DNA of 59,709 nt, filler included, from Sphacelaria rigidula (GCA_964200075.2; 7 parts of 7 records of this genome joined end to end with filler, not necessarily neighbours in it); one strand, 5' to 3'. Shown: positions 12,701 to 25,636, numbered from the whole stretch's first letter. The notes: generated by a model from the letters alone, not told the origin. Numbers and translations: made by a program.

Positions 12701-15646
12701 ATGATGAGATCCATGCAATTGGTTCCGAGGAGGCCATCGTAGAATATGGGGCCTCAATCGACTGTGACCTGCATGACTGTTAGTTGTAGTGGTTGGTGCC
12801 TGGCAGTATAAAACTTGCCGGGTCCCATCACTTCAGCGTGATTTTAGTGGGGACTGAACATCCCATCCACGCACAAAAACTCTCAACAGCAGTACATTAC
12901 CAGGAGGAATGATCCCGGTGGATATAGCGCAATGTTGAACTCCTTACCCTCCTTCGCACGTTTGTGCCTTATCCTGTAACGAGCACCGAAAACCCCCACA
13001 TGTCTCCAGTACATTCCAATTATAGCGCGAGTTCGTCGCACGGCCCCCCACTCAAGTGTGAAAAACTTGGTGTTCGGTACTAGGCAAACTTTTTGCCAAA
13101 AAGAGGAACATCGAAGCAGAAGAATGTCGGTATGGTACGATAAGCGCAACTTTATCAACAAAAGTAGGTTGACTCACCGACAGACGAGCGAGCGCCTCCT
13201 CACCCCTTGCGGTCTTCCTTGGAAGCATACCACGTACCTGTGTATAGCGCGTTACAGGGTGCGGGAACCGACATGAGGACGTGCAGCAGATTACATCCAT
13301 GTCGCACGGCGGTAGTAAGTAGTCAAAGTGGCAATGCTTTCACAGCGGTATGATCCAAGACGAGGGTAAATAAAAGATGTACATGCGGGTAGCAAGAGAA
13401 GGTCGAACGAGGGCTGGCACGCTAGCGCACAGTGCGAGCATCATCATATCCGAGATTCGGTTTTGTACAGCCTAAAAACACAAGAGAAGTAGCCTGGAAG
13501 GCAAGTGACTCCTCACAATTCGTGCGGCTTGTGGAAGTCGTGGTGCGCACCCATCAAGAATAATGAGTTACTTAGGGATCCGTCAATGTGCAACAATAAA
13601 TGAACCAGAAATCGATCCAAGACCTGTTGGGGGAGAGGCAGTTTGATACAATCCATATATTAGTGCGCCAAGACTGCACTATCTGCAATGACATCTAAAC
13701 GCACAGGAAACCGGATAAAAGCACCAACATACGCACCGTTTTCCAGAAGATACGCGCGGGAGAGCGGAAGTGGAAGGGTCCGCGCTTGGGGTTCGTGTTG
13801 TGGCGCTTTTTCTTGAATTGCATGTACTTCACCTTGTTACGGACCACTGCTTAAAAATAAAAACGTGCCGCAAAAGGCAAAAATTAAAGGGCGGGAAGAG
13901 GAGTAGCAACAGCGGGTCAGGAACAATGCAAGAGGCGCAGGGTGATGTTCGATGGTTGAAATAACGGGCACGAGTTCCCACCAAATGCAGGCTGTGAAGT
14001 CCTCATTTTCCCTTCCCTCGGCTTCCGGGCATCTTCGAAAATGAGGACGATCCCGGCGAAAAATACATGTCCTCTTTTCCTTCAGTGCGCACGAGAAGAC
14101 GTCCTCTTCACCCAAGGTTTGCCGAGCAGTTCAAGCCGGGTATTTTTGTGCTTGTTGTTTTGGGGGCCTGCATCCCTGGGATCTTCACCAATGGATGATG
14201 ACTTTCCAATCGCCCCATGGACTGAGAAGCACTGCATGCTGCCAACAACGCTGCAAACTAACAATCATTTGCTGTGTCGATATGCTCGGGTACGCAGTAG
14301 ACGCCGGTCATTGGCGAAGGCACGGTAGGTGTTCCTCGACGTACTCCCACCACCTACTTCACGGCACGGTACTAACTATTCTGTATTGCACAGCCGGTGT
14401 AGTACAGACGTGCAGTAGGTTGCCCACCGCTCACGACCGCACTATTATGGGACCTCAATGTGTGGTGAAAGCTTCACTATATCGTTTGCTGTATACTATC
14501 CACCACTCTCATGCTTTCCGGTATCTGAGTCCCGCCGATCATGAACTTGTCTGTACTCGAGGAGGGGGGGGGGTTCACAGCCTGTAGTTGTTGGTTGCCT
14601 TTTAAAAGCGTCAAGTGAAATCAGTAATGGAACAAGAAACCGCACTCCATCTCGACTCTGGGCCCAACATAATATACTCAGAACTTTTGCCGGGTTGCAC
14701 CCACTCCTCAGCTCGAGGTCTACACAAGTGAACTGGGCATATACTTCTCTCTGCCCGCAACAAACGTCCAGTTGTGACTTATGTTGCCCAAGTAAGCACA
14801 GTCAGTAGAGTCTGCAATCGAGCACAACGTGTCCCACCGTGGACCGTGAGTGCAACACGAAGCACTAATATATTCAGCGTGCCGTTCAGCACCGCTGCTC
14901 ACCGTGTGTTCAGTGTGAGTATCTCGCGTTTCGGTTTCGAAGTCGTTTAATTCTTGATTCGAGGAGTACGCTTGCAGAGTACATCAGCGTTGCCTTTACG
15001 CGGCCAAGCGTGAACACCGGATTCGACGCCACACACACGGGTTTTGCTGGCCCCGTTGGGCTGTACAAAACCTGGTACTGCGCAAACTGTGCGGCACGCC
15101 GAACGTGCAGTCACTAGACTCTGGTCTGGTCACCACTCAGTTATTGTGCTGACATGTGCGAACTCCGGTGGCCATAGCAACCTACGGGCATCTCATCCTC
15201 AGTAAGTCTCATTGCCGTACCTTGCATGGCACAGGACATTTCAGGGTACCCATCTGAAAGCCTCCTGCGCCCACCTCCCCGCCGTCGATCGACACCTGGG
15301 GTTTCAACTAACTCTCACCAGTTATGCATACCAAGGAGGGTGTGCTGCAGGAACAAACCCTTAGTGCAAGCCGTAGCATTATTGCTCCAGTTGTAAACTA
15401 TAGCATGGTCCCCGTCTTGCGACTCATTGAGTTAGAGGTAACGCCTTGTCAGGGACATGTGCGATAGAGGGCGGTCTCTACTTGGGGGCGCACTCTTTGC
15501 TCCAACTCACGGGATCCGCTGATGGTGATTTGCTCGCAGCGCACGACAACCACCTTCTGGCCGCAAAGCAGCTCCTTCGCCACGACCGAAGCCAGGCGTC
15601 CGAGCAAGTGGCCACGGCCATCCACCACTGTCGGTGCGTCGAACAT
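9749..15646 (-). CDS. RPL13A: 60S ribosomal protein L13a (uL13), 5 exons: 15646-15511, 13846-13737, 13237-13178, 11063-10902, 9877-9749; 198 aa
   Basis: [38 protein letters not shown] / [28 protein letters not shown] / [19 protein letters not shown] / [31 protein letters not shown] / ..YYVEKK..EEFGF*. All introns are GT-AG, phases are consistent and the CDS totals 597 nt. Confidence 0.97.
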
Positions 15647-16326
15647 GGTACTACCTACCCGAAGATGACCCTTGCCCTAGGATCACGTGGTGTGTAGCGG
15701 GAGAGGCCGACCCCGGCCATCCAACAAACTGCGTGAGAATATGGCACACCTTCAAAGCGGAATAAATAAAACATGACACTCGAAGAATATTGCATCCGTG
15801 ATTCCTCGTGCCATGTTCTAATGGTTTCGGATCCCAGAACGAAACCCATATTCAGCTGTGGGAAATATCGATAATCAGTTTGTGCGCAACGATGGGCACA
15901 TTCAAACTGGGCTTCTTGGAGGAGTCATCCATGGGCATGGAATACAGTTGAAAATCAGCATAATCATGGTTTCATGCTTTATCGAGCCTGCTGACCCTAC
16001 CTTGTACTATTTTTCGGAGAGATATATGATGAAAAATGTGGCATTATAAACCAGACGCAACACTGGATTTTCCTGGAACTCGGAAACGACGACTCCATCA
16101 AAACTCAAACTGAAAAGAATTACGTCAAGATTATTAGAGGGCATGATATTTCAAGGATTTCAGGGTAGTATTTTCAATGCAAAATCAAGGTGTACCATTT
16201 TCATCCTGGAGTCGTAAACTCCTCACCTACGGGTACTGACGGACGTTGGACCAACCTGGTACATCAACGTGCGCGATATGGTACGTGGGTACTCGTAACG
16301 CAACATCGCTGGTGGGACTTGCGGTC
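15647..16326. promoter_or_regulatory. Shared intergenic region / candidate bidirectional promoter between RPL13A and MED6
   Basis: The two start codons diverge 680 bp apart on the same contig. Promoter function is inferred and no specific motif was identified. Confidence 0.55.
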
Positions 16327-16529
16327 ATGGAGTTCCCTTGTGCACCAGAAGACCCAGAGACAATATCGTTCATTGATCCTGTGTGGTTACAGCAGTGGGG
16401 CCTGGGACCAGAGAACGCGCTCGATTACTTCGCACTCAGCCCGTTCTACGACAAGACCTGCAATAATGAGCAGTGCAGGATGCAGGGGGTGGATCCAAGA
16501 GAGGGAGTGAAGAAGCTCACGGGCCTCGA
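16327..16529 (+). CDS. MED6: Mediator subunit 6, first coding exon (rest of gene beyond the contig end)
   Basis: MEFPCAPEDPETISFIDPVWLQQWGLGPENALDYFALSPFYDKTCNNEQCRMQ..KKLTGLE matches the Med6 N-terminal motif N.LDYF..SPFYD.TCNNE..RMQ. Donor is GA|GTGAGT. Confidence 0.9.
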
Positions 16530-16911
16530 GTGAGTACAACGTTGAGAGCAGGTGGTAGACTGTGATTTAGCTATTACATTCTAGTTACGTGCCTCGAAGT
16601 TGTGAATGGTGCTGTACATTTATATGCTCGTGTTCATGCGAGACGGCGGTACGAGCAGTCACAAGTGTATGAGTACTACTGAAACTATCCGCAGCTTATT
16701 TTTGTTCTAGCAGTAGCAGCGGCAAAACAGTTTGGCCAGAGGCCAGCAGACCGGTGAGCGACGCCCGTCTACGTACCCGCTACAGCATCGTGGCAACATT
16801 TTCAAAAGAAGAGCCTTACACTACTTCAATTTTTTCGCCAGCATGTCGCTTGCATGGTGGCCCTGCCCGCGGACCGTCGCTGCTTCCACTATTGTAGGTG
16901 AAGCTATTTAA

Positions 16912-16992
16912 CCCTTTTGGGACTGAAGATCACTAACACCACGTTCCCGACGTGTTAGTAAAATAATAATAAAGTCTGGGAGCGACCTGTCC
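16912..16992. mobile_element. piggyBac-like MITE left end, cut by the contig end
   Basis: TTAA|CCCTTTTGGGAC, the same start as 34015 and similar to 28705. Confidence 0.55.
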
Positions 16993-17092
16993 NNNNNNNN
17001 NNNNNNNNNNNNNNNNNNNNNNNNNNNNNNNNNNNNTTAATTAATTAANNNNNNNNNNNNNNNNNNNNNNNNNNNNNNNNNNNNNNNNNNNN
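16993..17092. other. Artificial contig spacer
   Basis: N44-TTAATTAATTAA-N44. Confidence 0.98.
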
Positions 17093-17900
17093 GGGGGGTG
17101 GGGGGGGGGGTGTACTCATGAGCATGCATTTCATAGTCATAAGAACAATGACCTTGCATCCCTACAAACCCGGGACGGAGGGGGGTGGGGGGTACAAGAA
17201 ATGAACAAAACTTTGCTCATGCCAAGCTGGAGTATCACATTCTACTCAAGTAGGTCAAGCAAAAACACTACGGTGTAGACAGCGTAACACACATATATTT
17301 CACCATGTATGTGTTACAACCTCTCGCCGTGCCCATCCTCGACTGCTTCATCCATCCAGCTCCGTAGACCCGAAGATTACTCTTGGCAACGTTGATCAAC
17401 ACGTGTCAACATGTGATGAGAGAGAACCTTCAACTAACGTACCACCGAAAACGGACAACGGCGCTAGTACACTCCCCGACCGAGGTCAACGGTCTTATCA
17501 TGACTACGGCATGCAAAATAATGAGTACCCCCTGTTCCCCATTTCACGGTTAAACAGGGAGGCGAGATATGTGGAACGTTTTTGTGCAAATTATGGGAAA
17601 ACGTAATGAGCGCCGAAATATTGAAGGTGCCTCTATGAGGGAGTAGTAACGGTGCTCCGTCTCGAGAAATATGCGTGGTCAATGGTCGCATGGCGAAGGC
17701 AAGCAATAAATGAGCCCCCACTCCCCCTCCCGTTCCAAAAGCGTAGGTGTAATGGTAGGAAATAGTTCAGCCCCCAGTTTTCGGAGTTGAGGTTAGGTAT
17801 CAGGTGCAGGCTTTTCTAGCGAATTCAGGTTGCAACCCCCACCCCCACCTGTCCCCCCGGAATGTAGACACTAATGCTTTTATGGCTACTGTTGTCTCAC

Positions 17901-20900
17901 CCCAGCCCACTCCTCAAGGATGGGTCGAAGTCCCTCGAAAATCTGCTTCTTCAGCACGCCGTTCTCCGGGAGGTTAACCATATAGCTGGGCGCTGCGACA
18001 TTGTTGGTGAAGACGTTGTGCTTGCTCCAGACCTCTTTCTTCGGCGACTCCCTGCGGTTCGGGGTAGTGTTGGGACTTGACGTCACTGACATTTTGTCTC
18101 ATATTAACTGACCAGTGATGCGTTCAAGTAATCTCTGCGGATAGAGGCAATGTTGGGACTTTACTCGACTGATATTTTGTCTCATATAAACTGACCAGTG
18201 ATGCGTTCAGCTGCAGTTGAAATATCAATGTGCTCGAGGCAAATAAGTAGACGGGACCATATGCTACGGGAAGCTTGAGAAAAGACGGCAGACTAACGAG
18301 GGGAACAAAAACAGTACAAACGATTCAACAACGGAGGAGTTACAACAGTAGTGCACATGTAAACTGTTATGCCCGTGAATGGGGCCGGTTTTGGGCACGA
18401 TGTGTCGGGAAAATGAACCGACCAACTACAGTCAGTTGAATGCAGAAGGAATGAAACCCACATGAGCCAATCAGTAGCAATCACAAGTACACCACTCACT
18501 CGAAATAACGACAACCCTCATACAAAATATAATAGGGTTTTAGTACATTCTACAACAAACCTGTGACTGACTGACGTTGCTGTACATTTACCTGTACACA
18601 GGGTTACAACAACAGGAGGATAGAAGCTGCTGCTCGATGTTCTGTTGTGCCGCTCTTGTTGCAGTATGTTGCTGTGCTTATCTTTTAGTGCAGATTTCTC
18701 GGCAACGAAGCCGAGAAATGGACGGTGGTTTGATGCGGGCGCTTCCAACACACCAGAACTATTCAGTGTGGCGGCGGATTTCTGTAACGCGTGCCGCGAA
18801 GGCCGCAGCACTTTGCATACCGCAAAAATGTACTAAAAAACGCGTTTTCTTCAACGTTCTGGGGCTTTTGGGATCCGCTGTGGCGAATTGAGCAACTCCG
18901 CCGCCACACTGAGTAGGTTGAGTGTGTGTGCGGGGGGCTGTGAAGTGCCACAGGCCGGTTTGCTTTCTGTCTCGAGATGTAGGCGACGAAAAATTTAGAG
19001 CTGTCGCATACTAAACCTAGGTAACTTGGGATGGAGCGTGTGTTCTGTTCGGCAGAGGTTCGGCAGAGGTCCGACCAGTCTATGACGTCTTCAACTTCTC
19101 TCCGCGTTCCTTTTTTTTCTCGACCACGGATTTTTGGTCGGTAAGGCCTTTATTCACGGGCATGACTGTGCACCTTCCCTCCTCTCCTCCCGAGGGAAAC
19201 CCTCTAGCCTCGATTCATCGACTCGTCTCTCCCCCTCTAGTTGTCTTCACGTCAAAACCCGTTCCGATATCTGCGCAGTAGTACTCTGTACTGGGCATCT
19301 GATGCGGACGCCTTTCGTGGTCACAGGCTAAGTACCCAATTTAGGGTAAAATGACCTAAAAAACTCAACAGAGTCGGATCCAGAAAAAATCACACAGGCA
19401 CGACACAAAAAAAAAACAAGATATATAATATTAAGAAATATTAAGAGGAAGGAAAATACTGCCAACCTCATGAGTTCCTGCGTAGCTGGATCAGCCTAGA
19501 AGCGGATTTGGAGTTTACAGGCCAATTCGCAATTTAATATTCAGAGTTGGACCTACTTATATGGCAGCCAATCCCGAATCTGGCGGGACCCATATTTGTG
19601 CCAGATCGGGGGGACCCATATTCGTGAAACTCGGATCCGTGTGTACCGCTGTATGGCTTCACAGATTTGTTGAAATAATTCTGCACACGAAAGGTCGTTT
19701 TCTGGGCGGGTGTGGTATCAAGGTGAGGCCGAAGAACAGGTGGGGAGGGAATCACCCTTCAAGAGTAGCATCGTCCCGTGGTACCCTAGGGTATGATGCA
19801 GGGCAGTACAATCCATAAGCACAGTACACGATAATGCCGTGTGGTGATACATGGTGGTACAGTTGGTATTGCGAGAACAGCGCACAGTGTGCGGCAAGAG
19901 TTCATGAGTGCAGTCATTCACGACCCTGCAACAACGGCGACATCAGAGTAGGATAGTACAGTACTGTTTGTCATGATGATACATACAGCAGCATAGTGCA
20001 GCATAAAATGTTGCCATCACCGCGCAGGGTACGGCGTCGACACTTGTTATCGGCTTGTCCAATCCCGTGCGGAGCTGCTCCAGCAGCCGTCGCTCGCAGG
20101 CACTGTCTGTACTGTCACGAGACTGTCTGCTGCTGTTGAATGCCTAGGTCGGCAGAGCCGCGATGTTTCAAGTGACTGTCTGTAAATATATTCGTACATA
20201 CTGAAAATAGAGAGGAAATGACGTTGAAGATGTTGATCTGGACAGAGAGAACAACACCGTGCCCAAGCGACTGACAAGATGGGATTCCTTCCACTCATGC
20301 CATGACCCTGATCCCATGGGGCCCATGAGAAATCCACTCTCCGATCCCGCAGTCATAGGTGTGTGTAGGACATGCAGCGCGTAGCCAACCCGCACAGCAT
20401 GGACCTCTTGATCGTCAACATTATCAGCATCGTTCTCAGTAGCTTTATGATGCGCGACGCTGCTGCTCATGGTCTCCAAATTTCCATACTTTTTCGTTTT
20501 AGCACCATGTCAGGCACGCGTTTCACTGCAGTTACGTTGGTGTGTTTTTTTTTTTGTTATCTCGCAATGACGGTAAACGTGGGGTGGCAGCTCGCGGGCG
20601 TGTGCTTCCCGACTGGTACAGACAAAGGAGGGACACTATTATTTTAGTGCAACAAGATTGTCCATCTACTGATGTGGAGCGGGCTTTCCGGAGGAACAAA
20701 ATCACCTCAACACCGACCACTCCCAGGCTTGAATAGATGTACTAGAAATATAGTTCATTTTTTTAGCCAAATCTTCATTCGTAGGTGACGCGTGTATTTT
20801 CCGTTGATATGATTCGTTGGATTACGGACCACTTCCGACGCATGTAGCGTTCAGCTTGCACTTAACATGAATATAGTACCCAAAATCGGCCTCCATTCCC

Positions 20901-22416
20901 ACCCATAACAGTAGAACAATTCCATTCCAAGAACTCATTGCTGCCCAAACTACCGGTGAGATATCTTCAGCCATCGGAGCGGGGAGACGGTGTACGCATC
21001 GTTCTTAACATGGCAAGCGATGGTGAAAGTCTGGAATAATCAGGCCGCATAAAGGCATCACTCTCACTTGTTCTCCTCGTAGTAGGCCTTGACCAAGTCC
21101 CACACATCGTCCGGCACGGTGATCTTCTTGAATCCAACTTCTGTGAAACGAGGTAACCCCGCCGGCTGATTCTTGTTGTTGGCCAGCCGGCCGTTGTCCA
21201 TGTTTTTCCTCGCATTTTGCGACTCGGGGTCATTCTGCTTACAGGAAAACAAAAGGACGCACCGGACAGAAATGATCGAGTCCGGTCGGTGGTTGGCACA
21301 CCATGTGCGCATGCAGGCACAAAGCGCGAGCGAGCTGGGAAAGATTGATGGGAGGGAAATGCGCACAGCCATTCTTAGAGTTATGCCATGAAAAGATTGC
21401 ACACGTCTATTATCGGGCACCACGAAAATTTCGAGGAACACTGTTCCAAGATTTTTCATTTCGTCCGTTATCGGGGGTCCCAGAAGAGTATGCGGAGGGT
21501 TCATGACTCTCTTCAGTATCCTGGGACCCTCGATAACCGGCGAAATGAAAATCGAAAAAACACCGTTCTTCGAAATTCCCATAGTGCTCGATAGTAAATG
21601 TGTGCAAAGTCCCAGTCTAACTCCAAGAATTGGCGTGAGCATTTGCCGATGACTGAATATATGCGCATGAGCGTGGACTAGCCTGTAGGGGAATTTATAT
21701 GTATATCTCTGGAACATCTGTGAAGGCGCCGTAAGCGTTTGCACCTTTGTGCCATGAATTGCGCTTCAAAGGTACAAAATCCCAACAACTTGACTTAGTG
21801 TCGTGGCGACTTTTCGGGTACGTTTATTCAGCCTTACAACAACCTCACCGCGTCAGTTTTCCGAGTTACGCCGTTGAACGCACAAATATTCTTCGGACTA
21901 CCCCGGAACGAGAACATGGGTTGTTTTTTGCTTTTAGGCAAAATATGCCGGCTTCCAGGGGTCTCCGCGCCTTAGCAAATGGAAGCCGGTAAAAAGCGAA
22001 GACACTTGTAGAAGGTTTTCAATAAATATCTCCATTTCGAGCATGTCAACGTACCGAACCCGTTTGAGGGCGATCTGAGCTTTTCTACGACAGCTGCGAT
22101 TGGACTACCTGCCCGCGTTTGTCCCATGTGCCTTGCATGGACACCGCAGCAGCTGTGATACAATATATGTCAAAGTCGCGACTTGCACATAGCTTATGTT
22201 CATCTCCAGTCGGGCGACGGTATTTTTTGGAACGGTGCAGCAGGCGTGTCTCTCGTCCGCGACGAGGTCGTTTGCACCGTGCGATGGCTTGGACGATGGC
22301 TACCGACTGTGTGAGTATATCGCTGCTGCTGTGGTGTCGATGCAAGGCACATGAGATGAACGCGGCAAGGTAGTCCGATTGCAGCTGGACTTGGACATGA
22401 CTGTTTCCAAGTCGCG

Positions 22417-22451
<35 letters not shown>

Positions 22452-24238
22452 CATAGCATTTTGTGTCGACCAACATCAACCCTCTCTATAAAAACGAACT
22501 TGCCGGTATATCTCCTCCCTCCGACGTCCCGCAAGTCTCCGCACCGCAATCACGGGGTGCGATGGTGAACAGCCCATGTCCCGTCACCTTGTGCCTACCC
22601 ACTTCTTCTGAGGTCGCCGCGTTCACGGCCACCAGGTACGTTGTCTTGTACGAAAGAATCCACTGCTCTCTTCCAGGGGGGAGCCTGTCGTTTAACGAAA
22701 ATTCGCACAGGGCGAACCCGACGGCAGAGTACGTAACAGCGAACGGAACAAAACGCACACCGCAAAAAAAAAACTTGTGGGGACAAATTTCTTACACGAC
22801 ATGAACGAGAGCATCAAACCAACCGACTCACCTCAATTCATCGCAAAGCCAGGTGGCGTTATACGTCAAGGCCACCCGTAACAAATCGTTTCATACCCGA
22901 ATACAGCATACTGTTACCCGGTCACTACCCGTACGCCACTCAAAACTTGCGAAGATGCACACGACAAGGTGTCGTGTTTTCTGCAGTCGATACTTTGGGT
23001 ATCCCGGAATACTCAGCATTCAGAGTAGTCCGTTGTCCAAGGTACTCCAAATTTCCAGAATATTTGACAGCCCTCGGGTACTCCGGGATACTCAGTCCTT
23101 GCGGCGGTTGAAACTCACCGTGCCGCACTGCTAAAAACTCGCACGTGTGGCACCAACGAGGTTTACTGGACCGCCGGAGCTGCGTGCAGTTGCTGCACTT
23201 TCACCGTCGCCTCTGTATGTGCCCGGTCCGAAGCACTCTGTACTTTTACTACAGTATACTAACAGCAAAACGCATAGCTGAAAGTGTTCTGTGCTGTGCT
23301 CTGTATCGGGTACCGGCTGCCGTCGGCATGAGCATGTCGTTGCGCCGGGGGCCTCCTTTGATGAACCATAACTTGGGCAAGACGTTTTTTTAGCGCGGGT
23401 TATACCCGTCCGTTGTGAGATGCAATTTTATTTAAAGTTTGCGGCATACATTGCACCACATGCGGTATCACCCTGACGCCAACCCACTTTCACGTTGATC
23501 GCATCGACGTATGGTGCGTCCACTGTGCTGTGCCCAGCTAAGGCTAATGCCCAGCATATGCGAGTGGGCATTACCAGGAGCCCCGGCATACCCGTTATTT
23601 TCGGTAGAGTCGATAATCGTAGGTGTGCTTTGGATACTTGAGGAGGCTCAGTATTTTCCGCAATTCAGTACTCCAGGTACTCTTCTGGATGATACAGACT
23701 ACCTCAAGAACTGAAACTCATCCTGTTATCTCCCGCCTACCTTACCTACGGTGCCTGTGGAACAGTGTGGAGCAGGGGGAAAGTGTACCTTCGGGACACT
23801 CAACCCGTCTACAAGTACAAGGGCGGAGCCAAACCCAATGCACCTGATGTAAGCGGTAGAGGCACAACAAAACGAATCAGGAAATCCTAGAAAAGCAACA
23901 GAAGAGGGGTAGCGACATCTTCGTGACAGAGGGATACAGGCGAACGAACGGCAGAAGAGGACGCGCCGTACATGACAACTCCACACTCGCGATTTTGGTT
24001 TTTTCCCCAATTTTCCCCATTCCCCTGGGAAAAAATGCGTATGGAGGATAAATTAACCCCAAGAGGAAGAGGTTGTACATTGAAGCAGCACATGAAACAC
24101 AGGAGAGAGGAAGTTAACACACTTACTCTTTGACGTGCGTGGGCCTCATGGCGTCGTTCATGTAGATGTAATGAATCGCCAGGGGGAAGTCCATTTCGTT
24201 TGTGATGCCCACGGACACCTGCTGCAGCTTCGTCACAC
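17901..24238 (-). CDS. Partial multi-exon gene: VHL-beta-like domain + N-terminal part of a putative 2OG-Fe(II) oxygenase/prolyl-hydroxylase-like domain; exons 24238-24127, 22684-22504, 21234-21068, 18051-17901
   Basis: All four exons have CAG acceptors and matching phases (2, 0, 2). They translate to VTKLQQVSVGITNEMDFPLAIHYIYMNDAMRPTHVKE|LPPGREQWILSYKTTYLVAVNAATSEEVG..|..NQPAGLPRFTEVGFKKITVPDDVWDLVKAYYEENK|..EVW..FTNNVAAPSYMVNL..LRPILEEWAG. Domain names come from motif recall. The catalytic HxD exons are absent. Confidence 0.8.
18068..18209. repeat. Two ~59-bp direct repeats in an intron
   Basis: TGTTGGGACTT..ACTGA(C/T)ATTTTGTCTCATAT(T/A)AACTGACCAGTGATGCGTTCA at 18068 and 18151. Confidence 0.85.
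21408..21596. mobile_element. Hairpin/fold-back MITE with TA ends
   Basis: The left arm TATTATCGGGCACCACGAAAATTTCGAGGAAC.. pairs with ..GTTCTTCGAAATTCCCATAGTGCTCGATAGTA. Imperfect pairing continues to near the centre. Confidence 0.75.
22420..22449. repeat. (GA)n microsatellite
   Basis: About 15 GA units. Confidence 0.95.
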
Positions 24239-24935
24239 CTGCGTGGTAAAAACCGCTGTACAAATATATATATATATATATATATTCACGTGCAGCGAAC
24301 AAGCGAGAGACGCGAAGACAGATGACCAGGCATGCGGGATGACACCAACGAAGACGCGGTATACACGGTCCGTGTGCTGTGTGGTTGATGAAGGGTACGT
24401 ACGGCCCGGTTGTTCAGGTATCCTCAAATACTCGAGCATCTATCCCTTCACAGTACATATATCTTCGCCCACGGCAGGATGGAGCGCACACTAGCAATGA
24501 TACTACATATTTCGTGTGCCAACTTTCGGATGCACCACGCGAACGAGAGTCTGCTCAAGGCGATGGCGACTTCGCAACAGTGGTTCACTGCACAGTTCGA
24601 TTTTTTCTTCTCCTTCCTTCCTCTCCCACCTTCCCATGAGGGCATTTGTGTTCCATGGTTTCAAGACTCTTCGACTAGATAGGCATCAGATACCCGAAAC
24701 GGAGTATAGATGCACCGCTGAAAGACATGAAAATGACACCAATGATGGTACCCCAAGATATGGTTCAAGTCGTGAGTTGGTATCACGAGAAACACGGCAA
24801 GCTCCCGGTGCGGATGGTGCTAACAAAGGGAGAGGAACTGCACTCAGCTCTAGACGCGGGGATATCGGCACCCGGGGCCAGCGGGGGAGATCCTGTTGAC
24901 ACGTTGGACAATATATTATCAATAGTTGCAATATA

Positions 24936-25494
24936 CAGTAGTGGGCGGTCTAACTATTTAGGGGTGTTTAAGGGTTTTCCTCGCGTACTACTCTTCGATA
25001 GAACTCAAAATTGCTATCGTCGATAGATTTTGGTACAACAAAGCAGATCATCAGATCATCCTCGAAACACAGTGCCCAAGTCAGTGTTAGTTGGTGTTAT
25101 CGGGCGGAACGAGTACATACCCCGTTCATCAGGAGGGTGTTATTGACAGTGAAACACAGTTTTTCGGCCCTGGTGCAATGAGGAGGCAGAATTTCGAAAA
25201 AAATTAACTGTACATTTCTTTACAAAAATGATCGGGACGGGCTCGATAGATCGAAAATACAGAAGAGTAAGAATCTGGGCTGAAACGTGGCAGGACCCCA
25301 GATGACTGGTCAGCCCGTAAGTCACTCAATATTGAGTACAGATGATTTCTTCTTATTGGAATGTGGAGCGGATACAAATATCTCAAGATCCCCCATGTGA
25401 TAAGCGGTGGCAAGCAAAAAGAGCCCAAGAAAATTGCCAATTACTAAAAAATCATAAAGTGCCAAAAAATGAATAGTTAGACCGCCCACTACTG
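24936..25494. mobile_element. Tc1/mariner-like MITE (559 bp)
   Basis: Perfect 23-bp TIRs CAGTAGTGGGCGGTCTAACTATT / AATAGTTAGACCGCCCACTACTG. The left flank is TA and the right flank is AA. Confidence 0.85.
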
Positions 25495-25536
25495 AACAAG
25501 AAATGTTCCACGGTTAGGACAAATCATCACGACTCA

Positions 25537-25636
25537 NNNNNNNNNNNNNNNNNNNNNNNNNNNNNNNNNNNNNNNNNNNNTTAATTAATTAANNNNNNNN
25601 NNNNNNNNNNNNNNNNNNNNNNNNNNNNNNNNNNNN
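25537..25636. other. Artificial contig spacer
   Basis: N44-TTAATTAATTAA-N44. Confidence 0.98.
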
